DNA from: Candidatus Scalinduaceae bacterium | GTDB taxonomy: Bacteria > Planctomycetota > Brocadiia > Brocadiales > Scalinduaceae | DNA length: 32,000 bases | Assembly: GCA_046757465.1 (NCBI GenBank) | Contig: JBHHYH010000017.1 | Span: forward strand, 10,752 to 42,751 | Reading direction: 5' to 3' | Part shown: piece after piece, positions 1-10,114 of the stretch | Layout: each line of letters opens with the position of its first letter | How positions within the stretch are numbered: the first letter of the stretch is position 1 | The notes under the pieces: model-generated | Seen by the model: the letters and a program-made list of their open reading frames with translations, nothing else | Database searches by the model: none | What the model was told of the DNA's origin: nothing | Made by a program: the position numbers and the translations under genes

Positions 1-1
1 G

Positions 2-520
2 GTTGGCCTTATCCTCTTTACCGATAAAATAGAAAAATTTATTCCACCAAAAAAAGGAAAAACACACGTTTTACGCGTAATTAGAGAAGTACTATACTTT
101 AAGCCAGAAGGGAAAGGAACCGATATATCTACAGCCCTTGAATATCTCATAAAGGTTACAAAACGTAAGACGGTTAGTTTTCTCGTGTCTGATTTCATCA
201 CAGAAGGTTTTGAACATACTTTGCGAATCGCAAATAAACGTCATGATATAATTGCTGTTTCCGTAACTGACCCTCGTGAATTAGAGATGCCGGATGTTGG
301 TTTTGTTGAATTAGAAGATGCGGAGACTGGTGAAACCGCACTTATCGACACATCCGATAGGAAGGTGAGAGAAGAATTTAATAGATTAAACACAAGAACC
401 ATACAGGATAGGGCAAAATTATTTAGAACCGTGGGTGTAGATCTGATTAATATTAGAACTGACAGATCATACGTCGAACCGATTATGAAGTTTTTCAGAA
501 TGAGGGAAAAGAGGCTTTAA
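2..520 (+). CDS. DUF58 family protein (vWA-like), 5'-truncated by window edge
   Basis: The frame of ORF 185..520 stays open to the window edge. Translation VGLILFTDKIEKFIPPKKGKTHVLRVIREVL...VSFLVSDF looks like the DUF58 proteins found between moxR and batA in Bat operons. Confidence 0.75.
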   Translation, partial: VGLILFTDKIEKFIPPKKGKTHVLRVIREVLYFKPEGKGTDISTALEYLIKVTKRKTVSFLVSDFITEGFEHTLRIANKRHDIIAVSVTDPRELEMPDVGFVELEDAETGETALIDTSDRKVREEFNRLNTRTIQDRAKLFRTVGVDLINIRTDRSYVEPIMKFFRMREKRL

Positions 521-817
521 TTCTAACATTTTCACACTTTTGATATAAGCCCTTTAGTTTATGTCATATTACCCCTCAAAACAGGCCCCCCCTTGTTCGC
601 CTGGACAATGAAATCGAGCAGGTTCGGATATATGGGAACTTTTAGTTTACTTTTAAGGTATATAGTTGTTAAAGGTAATGATTTCATAAATTAAGTCGTT
701 GGTCTCTTTCTCCTGTACCATAGCCCAAATACCAACACGGGTTTTCATCTACCAGATTATGTTTTGTTTGACCGAATATGGTCGGCTAGTAGCCCTTACG
801 TGACATCCTGATCAGTT

Positions 818-1864
818 ATGTATCAAACCAACATGAAAAATACTATAAAACATTCAATATTCATTGTTATCCTAATCCTCGCATATTCAAAATACTCCTG
901 CATGGCCAATGAGACAAACGTAAGCGAAGGAGATTCTAAATCCATTATTAAAGTAAACGCTACTGTTGATAAGGCTAAGATAACGATTGGGGACAAAATA
1001 ACATATAAAATAATAGTTGATTCCCCTGAGGAAATAGAGGTTATGTTCCCTGAGACAGGAGATAAAATAGGAGAATTCACTGCAGTAGACTTTGGCGATG
1101 AAGAGTTAAAGAAGGAAGACGGAAGGATTACGCTGGAAAGGTGGTATACGCTTGAGACTTATACTACTGGTTCATATATCATTCCTGCAATTACCGTAAA
1201 ACACAAAAGAAAAGATGAGGAAAAAATAAGAGAAGCAAAAACACCTGAGATCTTTATTGAGGTTGTAAGTATATTAGATGAAAATGCAAGCGACATAAGA
1301 GATATAAAGCCCCCCGTATCACTTAACAAAAATTACTACAGGCTTTACCTGATCATTGCGATTACGCTTGGAGTGTTGGGAATAGTAGGCGCTATCATAT
1401 TATTTTTATATCGTAGAAAACACAGTAGAAAGATAGACTTCGTTCCAGAACCTCTACCTGCTCATGAGATTGCCTATAATGAACTTGAGAATCTGAAGGC
1501 CTTAAACCTGATATCGAAAGGTAGAATAAAGGAGTATTATTATGTCCTAACCAATATTGTTAGGCATTACATCGAAAACCGATTCAGGTTGATGGCTCCT
1601 GAACGAACAACCGAGGAGTTCTTGGCGGAAATGGCAATTACCGACAAGTTAGAAGAAAAACACAAACAACTTATTAGAAATTTTCTTGTGCATTGTGATC
1701 TGGTAAAGTATGCAAAATATGGCCCTAATAATCAGGAAATAGAAGATGCTTTTAATTCAGCAAAAACGCTGGTTGATGAAACCAGGGGAGTTTTAGAACC
1801 CGTCCCCGCCTATACCAGAACGGGCAGGCGAATGGCTAGGCCGGGCGGAAAGGTTGCAGTATGA
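818..1864 (+). CDS. DUF4381-like membrane protein of the Bat operon
   Basis: Signal-peptide-like N-terminus. Single central TM helix (LYLIIAITLGVLGIVGAIILFLY). C-terminal helical region ending ...FLVHCDLVKYAKY is typical of DUF4381. The stop overlaps the batA start (ATGA at 1861-1864). The true start may be the M at 833. Confidence 0.6.
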   Translation: MYQTNMKNTIKHSIFIVILILAYSKYSCMANETNVSEGDSKSIIKVNATVDKAKITIGDKITYKIIVDSPEEIEVMFPETGDKIGEFTAVDFGDEELKKEDGRITLERWYTLETYTTGSYIIPAITVKHKRKDEEKIREAKTPEIFIEVVSILDENASDIRDIKPPVSLNKNYYRLYLIIAITLGVLGIVGAIILFLYRRKHSRKIDFVPEPLPAHEIAYNELENLKALNLISKGRIKEYYYVLTNIVRHYIENRFRLMAPERTTEEFLAEMAITDKLEEKHKQLIRNFLVHCDLVKYAKYGPNNQEIEDAFNSAKTLVDETRGVLEPVPAYTRTGRRMARPGGKVAV

Positions 1865-2862
1865 TATTTTTAAAAGATCCACTAGCGCTCATCTTGATCA
1901 TTATCTTGATTCCACTTATACTTGCAAACTACATTTTAAGAAAAGATAGTGGTAATTTAAGATTCTCCTCTCTTAGATATTTTAAAAAGATAAAACAAGG
2001 AAGGTTTGTTAAATTAAGACACATCCTGATTGGTTTAAGGATATTTGTAATTGTCTTGCTGGTAACTGCCCTTGCGAGACCTCAATCAGGGAAAGCCCAC
2101 TCGAAGGTAAAAACTGAAGGGATCGATATAGTTCTAGCATTAGATGTATCTAGTAGTATGTTAGCGGAAGATTTTGAATCAAAGGGTAAAAGACGAAATC
2201 GCCTCTATGTAGCCAAAGAAGTAGTTGAGGACTTTATTAAATGGCGTGAAAATGATCGTATAGGGATGGTAGTATTTGCGGGACATGCTTATACTCAGTG
2301 CCCGCTGACACCAGATTATGATGTACTATTACAGTTTCTTGAAAAAGTAAAAATTGGAATGGTTGAAGATGGAACTGCAATTGGCTCTGCGATAGGGGTG
2401 TGTGTGAATAGGATAAAGTCTTCTAAAGCTAAAAGTAAGGTGATAATTCTTCTAACCGATGGTCGTAACAATAGTGGTGAAATCGATCCGTTAACGGCCG
2501 CAGAATTAGCAAAAACATTTGGTATAAAAATATATACAGTTGGAGCAGGAACAAAGGGGCTTGCGCCTTATCCCAGAACAAATCTACTTGGATATAAGGT
2601 GTACCAATCTTTAAAGATTGAGATTGATGATGAGGGTTTGACGGAAATTGCAAAGATTACGGGCGGCAGGTATTTCAGAGCGACGGATACCGACTCCCTG
2701 AAAGAAGTTTACAGGCAAATTGATAACCTGGAAAAGACCGAAATGGAAGTTGCCAAATACACAGAGTACAACGAACTTTTTCATTATTTAGTAATCCCTG
2801 CATTAGGAATATTCCTTTTTGAGATTGTTCTTGCAAACACAAGGTTCAAAAGAATTCCCTGA
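1861..2862 (+). CDS. batA: BatA-type von Willebrand factor A membrane protein
   Basis: N-terminal TM helices. vWA MIDAS motif LALDVSSSM (DxSxS), then TDGRNNSG. C-terminal TM helix. Operon context. Confidence 0.85.
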   Translation: MIFLKDPLALILIIILIPLILANYILRKDSGNLRFSSLRYFKKIKQGRFVKLRHILIGLRIFVIVLLVTALARPQSGKAHSKVKTEGIDIVLALDVSSSMLAEDFESKGKRRNRLYVAKEVVEDFIKWRENDRIGMVVFAGHAYTQCPLTPDYDVLLQFLEKVKIGMVEDGTAIGSAIGVCVNRIKSSKAKSKVIILLTDGRNNSGEIDPLTAAELAKTFGIKIYTVGAGTKGLAPYPRTNLLGYKVYQSLKIEIDDEGLTEIAKITGGRYFRATDTDSLKEVYRQIDNLEKTEMEVAKYTEYNELFHYLVIPALGIFLFEIVLANTRFKRIP

Positions 2863-2867
2863 GTTTA

Positions 2868-2913
2868 TTTAGAGGGACAGGCATCTTTTTTGTAAAAAAA
2901 GCCAGTCCCTTTA
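2868..2913 (+). repeat. Conserved intergenic hairpin element (copy 1, batA-batB gap)
   Basis: tttagagggacaggcatcttttttgtaaaaaaagccagtcccttt. The first 32 nt match the reverse complement of 14874-14920 at 31 of 32 positions. Confidence 0.8.
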
Positions 2914-2926
2914 GGAGTCATAATTT

Positions 2927-3943
2927 ATGAAATACGAAAGTATTAACTATCTCTATCTACTGCCATTAGTTTTTATCATGGTTATAGCTTACATTGTATT
3001 TTTTAAGAACAAACAAAAGGCGCTAAGAAAGTTCGTTCAAGCAGAATTATTGGACAGAATAGCCTTATCAGTAAGCAAAAAGAAGCAGATAGCAAAGGCC
3101 GCCTTTGCTATTACGGCCATACTCTTTATTATCTTTTCTCTAGTCCAACCTAAATGGGGATATCACTGGGAAGAGGTGGAGAGAATGGGAGTTGATATAG
3201 TTATTGCAGTAGATACATCCAGAAGTATGCTTGCGGATGACATTAAACCTAACAGGCTGGAGGCTGCCAAGAGAGAGATCAGGAGCCTTTTGAATATTAT
3301 AGAGGGCGATAGGATTGGATTAGTCGCATTTGCAGGGACTGCGTTTACCCAATGCCCGCTCACCCTTGATTACGGCGCATTCAATCTTTTCCTCGATGAT
3401 CTCGATACAAGTCTCATTCCTGTGGGGGGTACGGCTATTGGCGAGGCGATAAAAAAGAGCCTGTCAGCCTTTAATGATAAGGTAAAAAAACACAAGGCCA
3501 TAGTCCTCATAACAGATGGTGAAGACCATCAGGGTAATGCAATAGAAATGGCAAAGATTGCCAAGGAACAGGGCATAATTATATATACGATTGGTGTGGG
3601 TAAAAAAGAAGGCGCCTATATCAAGATAAAAGACAAAGGAAAGGACGTCCTATTAAAAGATAAGGATGGAAAGGTTGTCAAATCACACCTCGATGAAATA
3701 GCCTTAAACAAGATAGCATTGGAAACGGGAGGGGCGTATTCTCCAGCATATGGAGCCCAGTGGGGCCTGGACAATATTTATAAAAATATCATTGCCAAGA
3801 TGGAGAAAAAAGAATTGGACAGTAAAAAAATAAAGTTATATGAGAATCGCTACCAAATCCCATTATTTATCTCGCTTATCCTTATTATGCTGGAATCATT
3901 GATCGGAGAAAGAGCCAGAAAAACCAATTCTCAGGTAACGTGA
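2927..3943 (+). CDS. batB: BatB-type von Willebrand factor A membrane protein
   Basis: TM helices at both ends. MIDAS motif IAVDTSRSM and ITDGEDHQG. AGGAG ribosome-binding site about 8 nt upstream of the ATG. Confidence 0.85.
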   Translation: MKYESINYLYLLPLVFIMVIAYIVFFKNKQKALRKFVQAELLDRIALSVSKKKQIAKAAFAITAILFIIFSLVQPKWGYHWEEVERMGVDIVIAVDTSRSMLADDIKPNRLEAAKREIRSLLNIIEGDRIGLVAFAGTAFTQCPLTLDYGAFNLFLDDLDTSLIPVGGTAIGEAIKKSLSAFNDKVKKHKAIVLITDGEDHQGNAIEMAKIAKEQGIIIYTIGVGKKEGAYIKIKDKGKDVLLKDKDGKVVKSHLDEIALNKIALETGGAYSPAYGAQWGLDNIYKNIIAKMEKKELDSKKIKLYENRYQIPLFISLILIMLESLIGERARKTNSQVT

Positions 3944-3957
3944 AATAAGAGAATGAT

Positions 3958-4809
3958 ATGCGAAATCTTAATACAAAAGTGAGCATCTTTATATTGTTAC
4001 TCTGCACAATGTTGATCGGATGGGTAGACCCGGCTTCAGATAAAAATGAGGAAGGGATTCGTCTCTACAATGAAGAAAAACCTGACGAGGCAATCAGTAA
4101 ATTTACGGATGCGCAATCATACGCCCCAGAATCACAATCATTAGATTTCAACATAGCAAATACTCATTACAAGGAAGGTAAATTCCCTGAGGCTGAAAAA
4201 TCTTTTAAAGATGTTATGAAGACAAAAGATAATACCTTAAAAGCAAAGGCCAATTACAACTTGGGTAATACTATGTACAAACAGGGTAAATTCAAGGAAG
4301 CCCTTAACTTCTATAAAAAGGCTATTGAATTAACCGAGGAGAAGGAAAAGAGCAACTCGAAGGACAAAGAAACAGCAAGTATAAGAGAAGATGCTAAATA
4401 CAATTATGAATTTGTCCAGAAAAAGATGGAAGAGATGCAAAAGGAACAACAGGAAAGGCAAGAGCAAGAAAAACAAAAACAACAAGAGCAGCAAGAACAG
4501 GAGAAACAGGAACAGGAACAACAACAAGAAGAACAAGAAAAGGATAAACAGCAATCAGAAAAAGAAGACCCTGATCAACAAGAACAGCAAGACAAACAAG
4601 CTAAAGGGGAAAAGAATGAACAAATGAAAGAACGGCCACAAGAAAATGAAATGGAAGAACCACCCCCACCACCTCATGAAAAAAGAGAAATGACAAAGGA
4701 GGAAGCTGAAAGGATCCTTGAAGCTATGAAACAGGCAGAGATGGCCGCAAGAGATGCAAAGGAAAAAAAACATAAAGCTGCACAATTTAGCATTGAAAAG
4801 GATTGGTAA
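3958..4809 (+). CDS. batC: BatC-type TPR protein with E/Q/K-rich low-complexity tail
   Basis: Signal or TM N-terminus. TPR units (NIANTHYKEGKFPEAEKSF; YNLGNTMYKQGKFKEALNFYKKAIE). Then a long QEQ/KEQ tract and a PPPPP run. Confidence 0.75.
   Translation: MRNLNTKVSIFILLLCTMLIGWVDPASDKNEEGIRLYNEEKPDEAISKFTDAQSYAPESQSLDFNIANTHYKEGKFPEAEKSFKDVMKTKDNTLKAKANYNLGNTMYKQGKFKEALNFYKKAIELTEEKEKSNSKDKETASIREDAKYNYEFVQKKMEEMQKEQQERQEQEKQKQQEQQEQEKQEQEQQQEEQEKDKQQSEKEDPDQQEQQDKQAKGEKNEQMKERPQENEMEEPPPPPHEKREMTKEEAERILEAMKQAEMAARDAKEKKHKAAQFSIEKDW
4437..4600 (+). repeat. Low-complexity caa/gaa/cag codon tract (E/Q/K-rich region of batC)
   Basis: Translation QKEQQERQEQEKQKQQEQQEQEKQEQEQQQEEQEKDKQQ... This tract generates three spurious overlapping ORFs in the six-frame track. 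Confidence 0.8.
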
Positions 4810-4813
4810 AAAA

Positions 4814-6652
4814 ATGATAAAGAAATTCTATACGATTACGTTCCTAATATTTCTATTTGTAAACAACCTTGCAACTGTTCATGCAGATGAAATAGAGCTT
4901 ACGGCAAGTGTTGATAAGACTACGGTTGAATTAGGCAGCTACGTTCGTTTTACAATTGGTGTCCATGGCGCGTTTGATACAGATCAACCACAGCTTCCAC
5001 CGCTTGAAAGCTTTTCTCTTGGATACGGGCCGACTGTATCCACTCAGACAAAGATAGTAAACAACGTTGTATCCGTTTACCGTGGGTTCAGTTACGGATT
5101 AATTGCGAAGGAAAAAGGCAAATTTACAATAGGACCTATAACATTAGAATATAAAGGGAAGACATATAAATCAAACCCGGTTAATATAGAAGTTGTCGAA
5201 AGAGCACCGTTTGAAAACAAAGGGCGTAAGAGGGGAGACAAAGATATTGATATTTCCAAAAAGATATTTGTTGAACTCTCGACTGATAAGACAGAAGCCT
5301 ATATTTATGAACAGATTATCAGGTCTTTCAAGTTATATTTTCAAAAGGGATTGTCAATAGATGACCTTGAATATGTCCCTGCCTCAACTAAAAGTTTCCT
5401 TGTAGAAAAGCTTGGCGACGAGAGACGTTATGAGGAGGTTCGTAACGGAATACTCTACAGTGTAATAGAGCTTCGCACAGCGCTTTTTCCTGTAGTTTCG
5501 GGTGAGATAGAAATACCTCCCGCAAATTTCAAGTGCAATATCCTTATCAGACAACAACATAGAAGAAATTGGGACCCATTTGAAAATTCGCTATTTGATG
5601 AGTTCCTTGGTAGAAGTGAATATAGATATCCTGTGGAGAGAAGCACTAACTCATTAAAATTAAGAATAAAACCTTTACCAGTATCTGGGAAACCAGAAGG
5701 TTTTGCCGGCGCAGTGGGAAAGTTTACGATGGACGTTCTTGCAAAACCCACCGAAGTAAAAGTTGGCGACCCTATAACGTTATCCATAAACATTTCAGGA
5801 AAAGGGAACATACAAACGATTGGCGAACCGACACTTGCTCCTGAAGGCTTGGAGGGTTTTGAGCTTTATCCTGCTGAAGTCAATACAATTATCACAGATA
5901 GAGAAGAAGGCATTAAGGGTGAAAAATTGTTTAATAAAGTAATCGAGCCGCAACATGAAAATATTAAGGCAACTCCAGCAATATCATTCAGTTTCTTTGA
6001 TCCTGTATTAGAGAAATACCAGACTATTACCAGCAAACCAATCCCAATTATGGTAGAACAATCTGATATGGAGACACCCATACGCCTTTCACTTGAAGGC
6101 GTTGAAAAGACAAAGGCGCAGGCAAGAATATTGACCAAAGACATCCTGCCCATAATGTCTGATTTATACTCATTTAAAAATCAGGGGTTTGTTCTATATA
6201 AAAGGCCCTTGTTTATGGCCCTTATTTTTTTCACGCCAATACTCTTTGTAATAGCATGTATTTATGCACAGAGACACAGAGAACTGTTACAAACTGATAT
6301 GGGCTATGCAAGAAAAAGACGTGCGCCGTCTCAGATGAAAAAACAGCTTTCCAATACAAGACAGCTCATACAACATGGAAATCCTCAAGAATTTTACGCA
6401 GCACTTGCCAAAACGCTAACGGACTATATTGCAAATAAAACAGATTTACCACCGGCTTCTATCACACTCGAAAATGTCTCTGATATCTTAGGCAACCGCT
6501 GCGTTTCTTCCGGTACTGTAGAAAAACTTAAACAATGCCTTGAGTCGTGCGATCATGGTAGATTTTCTGCCCGTCATCACCCAAAGGATCAATTGGAAGA
6601 TGCGTTTAAGACTGCAAAAAACGTCATTAAGCTTTTAGAAAAACAATTATGA
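4814..6652 (+). CDS. batD: BatD-type oxygen-tolerance family protein
   Basis: The ORF runs 4754..6652. I prefer the M at 4814 because it directly precedes a signal peptide (MIKKFYTITFLIFLFVNNLATVHA) and removes a 56-nt overlap with batC. Large beta-rich ectodomain, C-terminal TM helix (LFMALIFFTPILFVIACIYA) and a cytoplasmic tail. Confidence 0.75.
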   Translation: MIKKFYTITFLIFLFVNNLATVHADEIELTASVDKTTVELGSYVRFTIGVHGAFDTDQPQLPPLESFSLGYGPTVSTQTKIVNNVVSVYRGFSYGLIAKEKGKFTIGPITLEYKGKTYKSNPVNIEVVERAPFENKGRKRGDKDIDISKKIFVELSTDKTEAYIYEQIIRSFKLYFQKGLSIDDLEYVPASTKSFLVEKLGDERRYEEVRNGILYSVIELRTALFPVVSGEIEIPPANFKCNILIRQQHRRNWDPFENSLFDEFLGRSEYRYPVERSTNSLKLRIKPLPVSGKPEGFAGAVGKFTMDVLAKPTEVKVGDPITLSINISGKGNIQTIGEPTLAPEGLEGFELYPAEVNTIITDREEGIKGEKLFNKVIEPQHENIKATPAISFSFFDPVLEKYQTITSKPIPIMVEQSDMETPIRLSLEGVEKTKAQARILTKDILPIMSDLYSFKNQGFVLYKRPLFMALIFFTPILFVIACIYAQRHRELLQTDMGYARKRRAPSQMKKQLSNTRQLIQHGNPQEFYAALAKTLTDYIANKTDLPPASITLENVSDILGNRCVSSGTVEKLKQCLESCDHGRFSARHHPKDQLEDAFKTAKNVIKLLEKQL

Positions 6653-7509
6653 GGAGAAAAAAAATATTAACATTTTTTATTCTTTTCCTTATGTTTCTTT
6701 CCAGTAGCCTGACTTTTGCTGGAGAGGTAACACGAGAAGAAGCTATTGATGTTTTCTTTAAAGCAAATGAAGAGTATAATGCTGCTCAAAAGGAAATGGC
6801 TGCAAAAAAAGAAAAAGAGGCTTTAGAAAAATTTGAACATGCCGCACGGCTTTATGAGAAACTGCTCGGGTCCAATTTTATAAGCGGCCAGATTTACTAT
6901 AACCTGGGTAATGCATATTATAGACAGGGGATGGCCGGGAGGGCAATACTACACTACCGCAGGGCAGAAAAACTGCTTCCAAGAAATGCCGACGTAAAGG
7001 CGAACATAGACTTATTGAAAAGCGATTTTGAAGATAAAGAGTCAATGCGCCAGATGCCGGAGATCCTGAAGATTATGTGTTTCTGGTATTTCTTTCTTAA
7101 TATAAATGAGATTACGATTCTTACTGTATATATGTATCTTGCTTTTATGGCATCTATTCTCTCAATCATTTTTTTAAGATTCCAATGGCTTAAAAAAATT
7201 TCCACTATTTTGGCATCATGTCTATTCGTGTTGGTTATTTCTCTTGGTCTAATGGCTTATAATCAATACTCTATTGAAAGAGGTGTGGTAATTGCCGACG
7301 AATGTGAGATAAGATACGGACCCGGCGAAGAATACGAACCCAAATTTGAGATACATGAAGGCGCGGAAGTTAAAATAGAGGAGGAAAGAAACAAGTGGTA
7401 TAAGGTGTATGTCTATGTGGATGTTGAAAGTATTCGTGATAATGAGGAACAGAAAGATATTGAGTTCAAAAAGGGCTGGATACCTAAAGCCAAAGTAGAG
7501 AAGATATGA
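6649..7509 (+). CDS. batE: BatE-type TPR / SH3b membrane protein
   Basis: ATGA start/stop overlap with batD. Signal peptide. TPR unit (YYNLGNAYYRQGMAGRAILHYRRAEKL). Three TM helices. C-terminal SH3b-like segment (KWYKVYVYV...KGWIPKAKV). Confidence 0.7.
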   Translation: MRRKKILTFFILFLMFLSSSLTFAGEVTREEAIDVFFKANEEYNAAQKEMAAKKEKEALEKFEHAARLYEKLLGSNFISGQIYYNLGNAYYRQGMAGRAILHYRRAEKLLPRNADVKANIDLLKSDFEDKESMRQMPEILKIMCFWYFFLNINEITILTVYMYLAFMASILSIIFLRFQWLKKISTILASCLFVLVISLGLMAYNQYSIERGVVIADECEIRYGPGEEYEPKFEIHEGAEVKIEEERNKWYKVYVYVDVESIRDNEEQKDIEFKKGWIPKAKVEKI

Positions 7510-7643
7510 GGAATTGGCTTAGAAAACATTTTGTTTTTTGGTAAGATTGTGTATACTTAACCCAAATTATACCAGATTTTCTGATAAATCTTTGCAAAAG
7601 TCCTTAAAGGTGTATATCAAAATTTCAAATTAGGGTTGGGAAT

Positions 7644-8003
7644 ATGACCGATGGTCCTGAAAAACGAAGGTACCCAAGAGTTTCTCCTGGTGTTAATTTT
7701 GGTGTAACGGTGCAGCATGTTGACAAGAAGGACAGGGAATACTATGAAGGTATAATTAAGGATGTCAGTCATGGGGGTATGTTTATCGACACCGACCATC
7801 TACCTCCAAAAGGTAGTATGGTAGTCATACAATTTAGGTCGAACAAAGAAGGGGATGAACGGCCTGTCATTGCCAAGGGGTTGGTTTGCTGGACGCGAAA
7901 ATGGAAGCGTCCTCATGGAATGGGGATCGATTTCATCGAATTTGAGGGACTCGGAAACACTCCCTTTGAAGAATGGTTCAAGAAACATTTCCAATCACAA
8001 TAA
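7644..8003 (+). CDS. PilZ domain protein (c-di-GMP receptor)
   Basis: Both PilZ signature motifs are present with the expected spacing: RRYPR (RxxxR) and DVSHGG (D/NxSxxG). Confidence 0.8.
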   Translation: MTDGPEKRRYPRVSPGVNFGVTVQHVDKKDREYYEGIIKDVSHGGMFIDTDHLPPKGSMVVIQFRSNKEGDERPVIAKGLVCWTRKWKRPHGMGIDFIEFEGLGNTPFEEWFKKHFQSQ

Positions 8004-8318
8004 CTTTATACAATTGGGACCATAATAGGACAGACGCTTTTTTATTTCGTACCGTCTGTGGTTACCACTCAATTACCACTCAATCACGTCATTAGAATCT
8101 GATAATTGATATCCCTAAAATAGACTTGAATTAACCTTCAAGCGCCGTTAAGATAAATTCCAACGCTATTGGAGGGTATATTACATGCGATTGAAAGTAA
8201 AAAAAATTGAAGAAGAATTCCTTCAACTTCCTTCCCATGACCGAGCATAATTAGCAGCACACCTTATAAATAGTCTCTGTCTCTTTATAAACTTCAAGTT
8301 GAGAAGATATAAGACCTG

Positions 8319-9116
8319 ATGGATAACTCACTGGCAGAATATCTTGATTTTGCTATTAAGGCAAGTAAAGATGCCGGTAAACTTAATCTCGCATTCTTTG
8401 AAAAAGCCAAAAAAATTCGTATCAAGAAGGATAATTCTCTGGTAACAGAAGCTGATATCCAATCTGAGACATTAGTCAAAAATAAAATAACAAAAAGATT
8501 CCCAGAGCATGGGATTCTTGGAGAAGAATCAGGCCTAAAAAAGTCTACCTCACATTATTACTGGTGTATAGACCCTCTAGATGGAACTACAAACTTTGTC
8601 AGGGGAATACCCGTTTTTGCAGTATCAATTGCATTATTATACAGAAACAAACCCATTGTGGGTGTTGTTTATAATCCGGTCAGTAAAAATTTATTTTGTG
8701 CTGCAAAGGGAGAGGGTTCCTTTCTTAATAATACATCCTTAAAACCACCAAAAAACATACCACAAAAAGAATTAATGTTTGCGGTTCAATCGGAATATGA
8801 TGGAAGAGTTCCTGATTATTTAAATCAGATACTTAAAAAGGCAAAGATCCGTTGTATTGGAGTTGCATCGCTACATGTTTGTTATGTAGCGGCAGGGTGG
8901 GTTGATTGTTATATCGGTGATCGATGTTCTTTATGGGATATCGCTGGAGGTTCTATTATACTGACCGAGGCTGGAGGCGTTATAAGTAAGCCGGATGGCA
9001 AAAAAATCTTTCCACTAGAGTGTGATATATCAACTTATGTAGATACAAGTATACGTTGCATTGCTGCCAGGAAGAATAAACACAAAAAGATTCTCAGCGA
9101 ATATTTTTCGTCATAG
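8319..9116 (+). CDS. Inositol monophosphatase family protein
   Basis: IMPase motifs EESG, WCIDPLDGTTNF and WDIAGG. Confidence 0.85.
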   Translation: MDNSLAEYLDFAIKASKDAGKLNLAFFEKAKKIRIKKDNSLVTEADIQSETLVKNKITKRFPEHGILGEESGLKKSTSHYYWCIDPLDGTTNFVRGIPVFAVSIALLYRNKPIVGVVYNPVSKNLFCAAKGEGSFLNNTSLKPPKNIPQKELMFAVQSEYDGRVPDYLNQILKKAKIRCIGVASLHVCYVAAGWVDCYIGDRCSLWDIAGGSIILTEAGGVISKPDGKKIFPLECDISTYVDTSIRCIAARKNKHKKILSEYFSS

Positions 9117-9124
9117 ACATAATT

Positions 9125-10105
9125 ATGAAAAAAACAACAAATAGCTGCGCACTTGCTGCAGACGTAGGCGGCACAAATACCCGGATGGCAGTTGTGACAG
9201 GTGAAGGAGAGATTCTTACACAGTCGAAAAAGCCCACACATTGTAAAGAAGGCAGGGATGAAATGATTAAGTTCCTTGTTTCTTTTTCAAGAGAAACTAT
9301 TGAAAAATCACAACTGCCGAGGAAGGAAATATGTGGAATGGGAATAGGCTTTCCTGGCCCTTTGAATGCCGAGTCTGGTACAGTCTTCAACCCTCCAAAT
9401 CTAATAGGTTGGGACAACGTTCCATTGAAGGATATACTCGAAGAAGAGTTGAAAATGCCTGTTTCTATTGAAAACGACGCAAACTCAGCAGCACTGGGTG
9501 AATGGTGGAAGGGGGTAGGAACCGGGACAAACAGTTTGGTCTGCATTACATTGGGCACCGGTATCGGAGGAGGTATAATTCTGGATGGAAGAGTCTGGCA
9601 TGGTACATCATGGATAGCGGGTGAAATAGGACATACGACTATTATAAGAGACGGGATGAAGTGCACCTGTGGAAATAAAGGATGCCTTGAGGCCTATGCC
9701 TCATCCAGAGGAATTATAGAAAGAGTGAACATTGCGTTATCAGACAAAAGAGGCAAAGGTAAATTCCAGCCAATTACGGAGCTGAAGCAGTTGGACCAGT
9801 TGGTATTAGAAGGCAACGAAATTATACTAAAGGTTATTAAGGAAACCGGAGTTATACTGGGAATTGCCGTAGCTAATCTTGCAAACCTTCTAAATCCTGA
9901 AATGGTTGTATTGTTTGGAGGCGTGACTAACCTGGGAGAAAACCTCATCAAGCCTTTAAGGGAAGAAGTTAAGAAAAGGGCATTTAAAAAGGCAACTGAG
10001 TCGCTAAGGATAGAGGTAGCGAAGCTGGGTGATAACAGCGGAATACTTGGCGCAGCAAAGAGTATCTTTTTAAGGCTGCAAAGGACCTCGCTGCACAATT
10101 TATGA
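9125..10105 (+). CDS. ROK family sugar kinase (glucokinase-like)
   Basis: N-terminal ADVGGTNTR. ROK signature GTGIGGGIILDGRVWHG..GEIGH. Zinc Cys motif CTCGNKGCLE. Confidence 0.85.
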   Translation: MKKTTNSCALAADVGGTNTRMAVVTGEGEILTQSKKPTHCKEGRDEMIKFLVSFSRETIEKSQLPRKEICGMGIGFPGPLNAESGTVFNPPNLIGWDNVPLKDILEEELKMPVSIENDANSAALGEWWKGVGTGTNSLVCITLGTGIGGGIILDGRVWHGTSWIAGEIGHTTIIRDGMKCTCGNKGCLEAYASSRGIIERVNIALSDKRGKGKFQPITELKQLDQLVLEGNEIILKVIKETGVILGIAVANLANLLNPEMVVLFGGVTNLGENLIKPLREEVKKRAFKKATESLRIEVAKLGDNSGILGAAKSIFLRLQRTSLHNL

Positions 10106-10114
10106 GACCCCCTC

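Noticed and set aside
4330-4785. Three extra ORFs (4330..4554 -, 4391..4627 +, 4555..4785 -) with extreme L/F- or K/N-rich translations
   Set aside because: They lie entirely inside the caa/gaa/cag low-complexity tract of batC and are frame and strand shadows of that repeat. They have no independent signals.
4754-4813. Upstream start (4754) for batD
   Set aside because: It would add 20 basic residues (MQRKKNIKLHNLALKRIGKK) ahead of the signal peptide and overlap batC by 56 nt. The M at 4814 gives a canonical signal peptide.
823-7205. Antisense ORFs within the Bat genes (823..1080, 2429..2653, 3163..3363, 5455..5811, 5866..6153, 6954..7205)
   Set aside because: Each is fully embedded opposite a well-supported motif-bearing gene, is short, and has a compositionally odd translation. 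These are typical shadow ORFs.
8030-8059. Hairpin acagacg...cgtctgt after the PilZ gene as an intrinsic terminator
   Set aside because: The stem is only 7 bp with a 16-nt loop. The T-run lies inside the loop rather than after the stem, so it is not a convincing terminator.
8185-8250. 21-codon mini-ORF MRLKVKKIEEEFLQLPSHDRA* resembling the N-terminus of addiction-module antitoxin components
   Set aside because: It is too short, truncated by a stop, and has no partner toxin gene. At best it is a decayed fragment.
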